Made by a program: the position numbers and the translations under genes. From assembly GCA_024231215.1 (NCBI GenBank), contig JAAEQR010000195.1, positions 298,488 to 362,487 on the forward strand: 64,000 nucleotides of DNA, given 5' to 3'. This DNA comes from PVC group bacterium. Its GTDB lineage: Bacteria; Omnitrophota; Gorgyraeia; B26-G9. Shown one piece after another: positions 58,795 through 64,000 of this stretch; position 1 is the first letter of the stretch, and each line of letters starts with the position of its first letter. The notes under the pieces are model-generated. The model was not told the DNA's origin and searched no databases. It saw nothing but the letters and a program-made list of their open reading frames with translations.

Positions 58795-58893
58795 TTTTGT
58801 GTTTGGGGAGGTAGGTTGTGTCTGCCTGAGAGTTTCGATCAAGTCGAATTACCCGTTGAACCTGATCTGAGTAATGTCAGCGTAGGGAGATAA
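58795..58893 (+). ncRNA. TPP riboswitch aptamer
   Basis: GGGG...CTGAGA...ACCC..TGAACCTGATCTGAGTAATGTCAGCGTAGGGA consensus upstream of thiE. Confidence 0.93.
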
Positions 58894-58894
58894 G

Positions 58895-58926
58895 AAAAAA
58901 ACTCTGTCTACGCGGCAGAGTTTTTT
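58895..58926 (+). terminator. TPP riboswitch expression-platform terminator
   Basis: AAAACTCTGTC-TACGC-GGCAGAGTTTTTT; CTACGC 58908..58913 can pair with aptamer GCGTAG 58880..58885 (antiterminator). Confidence 0.8.
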
Positions 58927-58934
58927 ATTTTATT

Positions 58935-59558
58935 ATGCAGAATAATTTATATTTAGTTTTGACTAGTAGTTATCGGAATGATTTAAATCCGGTTGAGATT
59001 GCTGCCTTGGCTATTGAAGGTGGAGTTGATGTCTTGCAAATGCGTGAAAAACAGCTTTCCAGGGAAGAATTGATTACTCTTGGCAGGCAATATAGAACGC
59101 TTTGCCATAGAACAGGAACTATTTACATTGTTAATGATAACCCCGAATTAGCTGTTGAAGTGGATGCAGACGGTGTGCATATGGGGCAGGAAGATCTTAA
59201 AGCCATAGGTATTGCTGAGATTCGTGATATTGTCGGTAAGAGGATGATTGGAGTTTCGACACATTCTTTGGAACAGTTTAGAATTGCCAACGAGGAGGAT
59301 TTAGACTATATTGCGTTTGGTCCTTTATTTGAAACGAAAACAAAAGATTATAGTATTGGGTTAGATGAGGTAGCAACTGTGCTTAAGGAAGCTAAAAAGC
59401 CGATTGTTTTTATCGGCGGAATAAATTTAGATAATATTGATAGTGTTTTATCATTAGGGGCGCAGAACATTGCGTTGATAAGTGCAATTATGCAGGCGCA
59501 GGATATAAAATTGCAAGCGCAGTTATTTAAAAGGAAAATTTATGAAACTAAAATTTAA
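58935..59558 (+). CDS. thiE: Thiamine-phosphate synthase
   Basis: QMREK, IVND, GVHMGQED, GVSTH, FET.TK, IGGI. Confidence 0.95.
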   Translation: MQNNLYLVLTSSYRNDLNPVEIAALAIEGGVDVLQMREKQLSREELITLGRQYRTLCHRTGTIYIVNDNPELAVEVDADGVHMGQEDLKAIGIAEIRDIVGKRMIGVSTHSLEQFRIANEEDLDYIAFGPLFETKTKDYSIGLDEVATVLKEAKKPIVFIGGINLDNIDSVLSLGAQNIALISAIMQAQDIKLQAQLFKRKIYETKI

Positions 59559-59742
59559 TGGTAAAGATTTAGAAGTTAATAATATCGAAACTTTAACTGA
59601 TTTGGTAAAAGATAAAAAGCTTAACCCTGAATCTATTGCAATTAGTTATAATAATGCGATTATCCCCCGTAAAGATTGGGAAAGGGTAGAGCTTAAAGAG
59701 CATGATGTAATAGATATTGTCATGTTTATGATGGGAGGATAA
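59542..59742 (+). CDS. thiS: Sulfur carrier ThiS
   Basis: 66 aa ubiquitin-like protein, C-terminal GG. Confidence 0.93.
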   Translation: MKLKFNGKDLEVNNIETLTDLVKDKKLNPESIAISYNNAIIPRKDWERVELKEHDVIDIVMFMMGG

Positions 59743-60518
59743 TGAAAGATACGCTGATTATTGCCGGTCGTGCAATAAAAAATCGTCTTTTTGTGGGAAC
59801 AGGTAAGTTCCCCCGGAAATCAATTGTGAAGGATGTTTTGGAGACGATAAAAGCAGATGTTGTCACAGTTTCTTTGCGCCGGGTTGATTTGGATTCACAG
59901 GATGAGAATATTCTGGAGTTTGTTCCTAAAAGCTCTCAACTAATGGTGAATACTTCCGGAGCTAGAACTGCTGAGGAGGCGATACGGATTGCCAGGCTTA
60001 GTAAGGCTTGTGGGGGTGATGGCTGGATAAAAATAGAGGTTATCTCAGATAGTAAATATCTTTTGCCGGATAATGAAGAGACGATTAAGGCGACGGAGGT
60101 TTTAGCTAAAGAAGGGTTTAAGGTATTTCCTTACATGACCCCGGATCTTTATGATGCTAAACGTTTGGTTGATGCCGGAGCGGTTGCGGTTATGCCGTTG
60201 GGGTCGCCGATTGGCAGTAATCGAGGGATTAAAACTAAGGAGCTTGTTCAGATTATAATTAATGAAGTTAAAGCACCAATTATTGTTGATGCCGGATTAG
60301 GTATGCCTTCGGAAGCTGCTGAGTGTATGGAGATGGGATGTGCGGCGGTGTTGGTTAATACTGCGATTGCTACTGCTAAAAATCAAGTTTTGATGGCAGA
60401 AGGTTTTTCTGAGGCGGTTAAGGCCGGGAGAAAAGCCTTTTTAGCTAAAGGTAATCAGGCAGAGCAAATAAAAGCTCATGCTTCTTCTCCACTGACAGGT
60501 TTTCTACATGAGAAATAA
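59742..60518 (+). CDS. thiG: Thiazole synthase
   Basis: [32 protein letters not shown]. Confidence 0.96.
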   Translation: MKDTLIIAGRAIKNRLFVGTGKFPRKSIVKDVLETIKADVVTVSLRRVDLDSQDENILEFVPKSSQLMVNTSGARTAEEAIRIARLSKACGGDGWIKIEVISDSKYLLPDNEETIKATEVLAKEGFKVFPYMTPDLYDAKRLVDAGAVAVMPLGSPIGSNRGIKTKELVQIIINEVKAPIIVDAGLGMPSEAAECMEMGCAAVLVNTAIATAKNQVLMAEGFSEAVKAGRKAFLAKGNQAEQIKAHASSPLTGFLHEK

Positions 60519-60520
60519 TA

Positions 60521-61627
60521 ATGAGTTTTCTTGATTTTATTAAACAGTATGAAGGATTTGATTTCAAAAAGTCGTTTGATCAAGTAAAAGAAAACGATAT
60601 AATTACTGCTTTATCCGGCGATAATCTTAATCAGTCGGATTTTTTAGCGCTTTTATCTCCAAAAGCTTGTGCATATTTAGAAAATATTGCGCAACGTGCT
60701 CACCAGTTAACTTTAAACTACTTTGGAAGGACGATTCAGCTTTATACTCCGATATATTTAGCTAATTATTGTGAGAGTCGTTGTTTGTATTGTGGTTTTC
60801 AAGCTGGGAATGAAGTTAAACGAACAAAGATGAATTTTAAACAGCTTGAGAAAGAAGCAAAATTTTTAGCTGAACAAGGGTTTAAGCATGTATTGATTTT
60901 AACCGGAAGCTCCCGGAAGCAAACACCGGTTGAGTATATAAGACAATGTGTTGAAATTCTTAAAGGTTATTTTAGTTCGATAGCTATTGAAATATATGCG
61001 TTAACTGAATCCGAATATAGTCAATTGATTAAAGCCGGAGTAGACGGGTTGACTATTTATCAGGAAGTTTATGATCGGGAAATATATAAAAAAGTGCATC
61101 TTAGCGGGCCTAAAAGTGATCATCAATTCAGATTAGATGCGCCGGAGAGGGCGGCTTCTACTAATATTCGTTGTGTAAATATTGGGGCTTTATTAGGGCT
61201 AGGTCCTTGGCGTAGCGAAGTTTTTTTTATGGGATTACATGCAAAATATTTACAAGATAATTATCCTCAAGTTGAAGTTTCGTTATCGATTCCCAGGTTA
61301 AGACCGCATAAAGGCAAGTTTGAAGATGTTTTTCCTGTTACAGATCAGGATATTGTTCAGATTGTTACTGCTTTGAGGGTGTTCTTGCCACGAGTCGGGA
61401 TAACTTTATCGACCAGAGAAAACGATGTTTTTCGTGATAATTTACTTTCTTTAGGCATAACGCGTTTATCAGCTGGGTCAACTACTGCTGTGGGCGGGCA
61501 TACCAGTGAATTTGACGAAGCTAATCAGTTTGAGATTGCCGATACCCGGAATTTAGCGCAAATAAAACAGGTGTTAGCGGAAAAAGATTACCAGCCGGTA
61601 TTGAAAGACTGGATGCATTTATCGTAG
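60521..61627 (+). CDS. thiH: 2-iminoacetate synthase (radical SAM)
   Basis: NYCESRCLYCGF, YQEVY, PRLRP, LSTRE, QFEIAD.R, KDW. Confidence 0.94.
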   Translation: MSFLDFIKQYEGFDFKKSFDQVKENDIITALSGDNLNQSDFLALLSPKACAYLENIAQRAHQLTLNYFGRTIQLYTPIYLANYCESRCLYCGFQAGNEVKRTKMNFKQLEKEAKFLAEQGFKHVLILTGSSRKQTPVEYIRQCVEILKGYFSSIAIEIYALTESEYSQLIKAGVDGLTIYQEVYDREIYKKVHLSGPKSDHQFRLDAPERAASTNIRCVNIGALLGLGPWRSEVFFMGLHAKYLQDNYPQVEVSLSIPRLRPHKGKFEDVFPVTDQDIVQIVTALRVFLPRVGITLSTRENDVFRDNLLSLGITRLSAGSTTAVGGHTSEFDEANQFEIADTRNLAQIKQVLAEKDYQPVLKDWMHLS

Positions 61628-61652
61628 GGGCTACGTTTGCAAAATCATTAGA

Positions 61653-61682
61653 TTGACAATAAAGTTAAAGTTGTATTATAAT
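61653..61682 (+). promoter_or_regulatory. Sigma70-type promoter
   Basis: TTGACA 61653..61658, TATAAT 61677..61682. Confidence 0.6.
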
Positions 61683-61731
61683 TAATACTTAATAGTTGGA
61701 ATAATTAGAATAATAATAATAACTGGAAAAA

Positions 61732-62292
61732 ATGGAAAAAGAAATTTTAACTACTTATGAGATTGCAAGTCGCTGTCATGTGGATATTAAAACTGTCATT
61801 AATTGGACAAATGACGGTTCTCTGAAGGCGTATAAAACTAAAGGTGGGCATAGGCGTATAAAGAGAGCTGATTTAGTAGAATTTCTGAGCAAACATAATA
61901 TGCCTATTTCTTTGAAAAAAAGAATACTTGTGGTTGATGATGATGAGTCAATAAGGATTGCTTTAAGGGAATCTTTTGAATCAAAAGGATTCATTGTTTA
62001 TTTGGCTGATAACGGTTTTACCGCAGGCACAATTTTTGAGGCAAAAAGACCCGATGTAATAATATTGGATTTTGTTATGCCTGGGATAGATGGAATTAAT
62101 GCTTGTAAGTATATTCGAAAGATGGAAGATTTAAAACATACAAAGATTATTTTTCTGACAGGATATCCGTCAAAAGATAATTTTAAGGAAGCAAAAAAAG
62201 CTGGGGCAGATATTTGTCTTGCTAAGCCGGTGGATAATGAGGTTTTATTTAAAGAAGTTGAAGAAATACTAGGAGTTTTCGCTGATGGCTAA
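61732..62292 (+). CDS. Response regulator with N-terminal excisionase-like HTH
   Basis: LTT.EIA....V...TVINW...G.L.AYKT.GGHRRI plus receiver domain. Confidence 0.9.
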   Translation: MEKEILTTYEIASRCHVDIKTVINWTNDGSLKAYKTKGGHRRIKRADLVEFLSKHNMPISLKKRILVVDDDESIRIALRESFESKGFIVYLADNGFTAGTIFEAKRPDVIILDFVMPGIDGINACKYIRKMEDLKHTKIIFLTGYPSKDNFKEAKKAGADICLAKPVDNEVLFKEVEEILGVFADG

Positions 62293-63928
62293 AAGAAAAA
62301 ATCAGGTTAATGAAAAAAATCATTTTTTCGAGGAAGAATTAAAGAGAGAACATGGTTTTTCTGAGAGTATTATTAAGACGGCGCAGATAATTATACTTGT
62401 ATTAGATAGAGAAGGAAGAGTTGTTAGATTTAATCCATATATGGAAAAAATAACCGGATATAAATTAAAAGAAGTAAAAGGAAAGGATTGGTTTACTACA
62501 TTTCTTCCGGAAGGTGATTATGATAAGATTAGGAAACTTTTTAAGAAGGCGATTGGCAATATTCATACAAAAGGCAATGTTAATTCAATTCTGACAAAAG
62601 ATAAAAAGGAAATTTTAATTGAATGGTATGATGATACTTTAAGAGACAAAAAAGGCAATATTATTGGAATTGTCTCTTTAGGGATTGATATAACCGAACG
62701 CAAAAAAGTGGAGAAGGTGTTACACGAAAGTCATAAATTAGGCATTGCTCTTAGTGCGATATCTGATCTTAATGTAGGACTTAGGATATGCCTTGAGGCG
62801 GCATTAGATGTTTCGGGAATGGATTGTGGAGCAGTTTATCTTTTTGATAAGATTACGGGTAATTTAAATGTGGTATTTGATAAAGGATTATCTCCTGACT
62901 TTATAAAAAATACATCTTGTTATAATTCAGATTCTGTTAATGTGAAGATTGTAATGAAAGCAAAACCCATCTACACACAGTATGAAATACTGGGTGTGCC
63001 CATTAATGATATGGAGAAAGCTGAGAGCTTAAGGGCTATTGCTGTGATCCCGATAATATATCAAAAACGAGTAATCGGTTGTCTTAATGTTGCGTCTCAT
63101 ATTTTTAATATCGAACAAGTATCAGCGGTATCTCGAGAAGCACTTGAATCAATTGTTGCTCAAATAGGTAATGCTGTTGCTCGTTTGCAGGGGGAGAAAG
63201 AGCTAGAGCAATATCGTAATGATCTTGAAAAATTGGTTGAAGAACGTACGCAGCAACTTGTCTTAGCAGAAAGATTGGCTGCAACCGGTAGATTAGCCGC
63301 AAGTATTGCTCACGAAATTAACAGTCCGTTACAAGGTATGCTCTTGCATCTTGAGTTGATGAAGGATGGGTTGCCTGGAAAATCTAAGAAATTTAAGAAT
63401 TATGAATATGTTAAATCAAATATTATTAAAATCCGGGATATTGTGAAGCAGTTATTGGATATTTACAGGAAGACAGATGCTAAAAAAACAATTATTGATA
63501 TAAATGATTTGATCCAAAAAGTTGCAGGCTTGATCAATTATCAATTAGAGTTGAAAAACATTTCTTTGGAATTAAATTTAAATGAACAGCTTCCGGGGAT
63601 ATTAGGACATGAACAGCAATTACATCAAGTAATTTTAAATATATTGTTAAATTCCTTAGATAGTATTGAAGGCAGAGGAAAGATTGTGGTTACTACATTA
63701 TGTGATAAAAATTATGTAAAGGTTAAAATTAAGGATAATGGGCGAGGCATAAAACAGGAAAATATCGGCCATGTATTCGATCCATTTTTCAGTACAAAGA
63801 AAGATTCAGGGGTTGGTCTTGGGCTTTTTGTTTGCAAGGGGCTTATTAAAAACCATGATGGAGAGATAACCGTAGAAAAGAATAAAACGAAGGGAAGCTT
63901 ATTTATAATAACCTTACCAAGGAGGTAA
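62285..63928 (+). CDS. PAS/GAF sensor histidine kinase (NtrB-like)
   Basis: PAS ending DITERK, GAF, AHEINSPL, QVILNILLN, FDPFFSTK, GLGL. Confidence 0.92.
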   Translation: MAKRKNQVNEKNHFFEEELKREHGFSESIIKTAQIIILVLDREGRVVRFNPYMEKITGYKLKEVKGKDWFTTFLPEGDYDKIRKLFKKAIGNIHTKGNVNSILTKDKKEILIEWYDDTLRDKKGNIIGIVSLGIDITERKKVEKVLHESHKLGIALSAISDLNVGLRICLEAALDVSGMDCGAVYLFDKITGNLNVVFDKGLSPDFIKNTSCYNSDSVNVKIVMKAKPIYTQYEILGVPINDMEKAESLRAIAVIPIIYQKRVIGCLNVASHIFNIEQVSAVSREALESIVAQIGNAVARLQGEKELEQYRNDLEKLVEERTQQLVLAERLAATGRLAASIAHEINSPLQGMLLHLELMKDGLPGKSKKFKNYEYVKSNIIKIRDIVKQLLDIYRKTDAKKTIIDINDLIQKVAGLINYQLELKNISLELNLNEQLPGILGHEQQLHQVILNILLNSLDSIEGRGKIVVTTLCDKNYVKVKIKDNGRGIKQENIGHVFDPFFSTKKDSGVGLGLFVCKGLIKNHDGEITVEKNKTKGSLFIITLPRR

Positions 63929-63932
63929 TTTC

Positions 63933-64000
63933 ATGAAAGAGAACATACTTATTATTGATGATGATGTATCTATTCTTGCAGCTTTTGAGGAAGTGTTGAC
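63933..64000 (+). CDS. Response regulator, 3'-truncated by window edge
   Basis: GGAGG RBS; MKENILIIDDDVSILAAFEEVL receiver start. Confidence 0.8.
   Translation, partial: MKENILIIDDDVSILAAFEEVL

Overview
Chromosomal-type, AT-rich window from an anaerobic or microaerotolerant diderm bacterium. The gene content is reminiscent of Candidatus Omnitrophota/PVC; that assignment is an inference only. Most genes are on the + strand. In order: gcvPA/PB-lipoate ligase-lipA, ispH, DtxR-feoAB, LysM amidase, radical SAM, a Zn-peptidase/ATP-grasp pair, a type IV pilus/T2SS-like cluster (no secretin in the window), an arsenic-resistance operon led by a DUF134 regulator, a DNA-repair-type radical SAM, folE, an Rrf2-rubredoxin-fprA-dfx-rubrerythrin oxygen-defence operon, cysH/sulfite reductase/Rrf2-metY-cysK-metX-metW, nadA, hcp, tandem thyX, c-di-GMP and two-component genes, and a TPP riboswitch-thiESGH operon. 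Three signals stand out. (1) Two unrelated orphan proteins, a degenerate ClpB-like AAA+ and an HExxH membrane protein, share an N-terminal signal, a KxxLxPxVQ...DTF box and a C-terminal Q(S/A)I tag, suggesting a cargo-tagging export system. (2) A stand-alone NrdD glycyl-radical domain lies upstream of hcp under the same palindromic operator as the oxygen-defence operon, suggesting a spare part for class III ribonucleotide reductase. (3) A three-copy structured element sits exactly in front of the three genes for Fe(Cys)4 proteins of that operon. No CRISPR array, tRNA, rRNA or transposase was seen.
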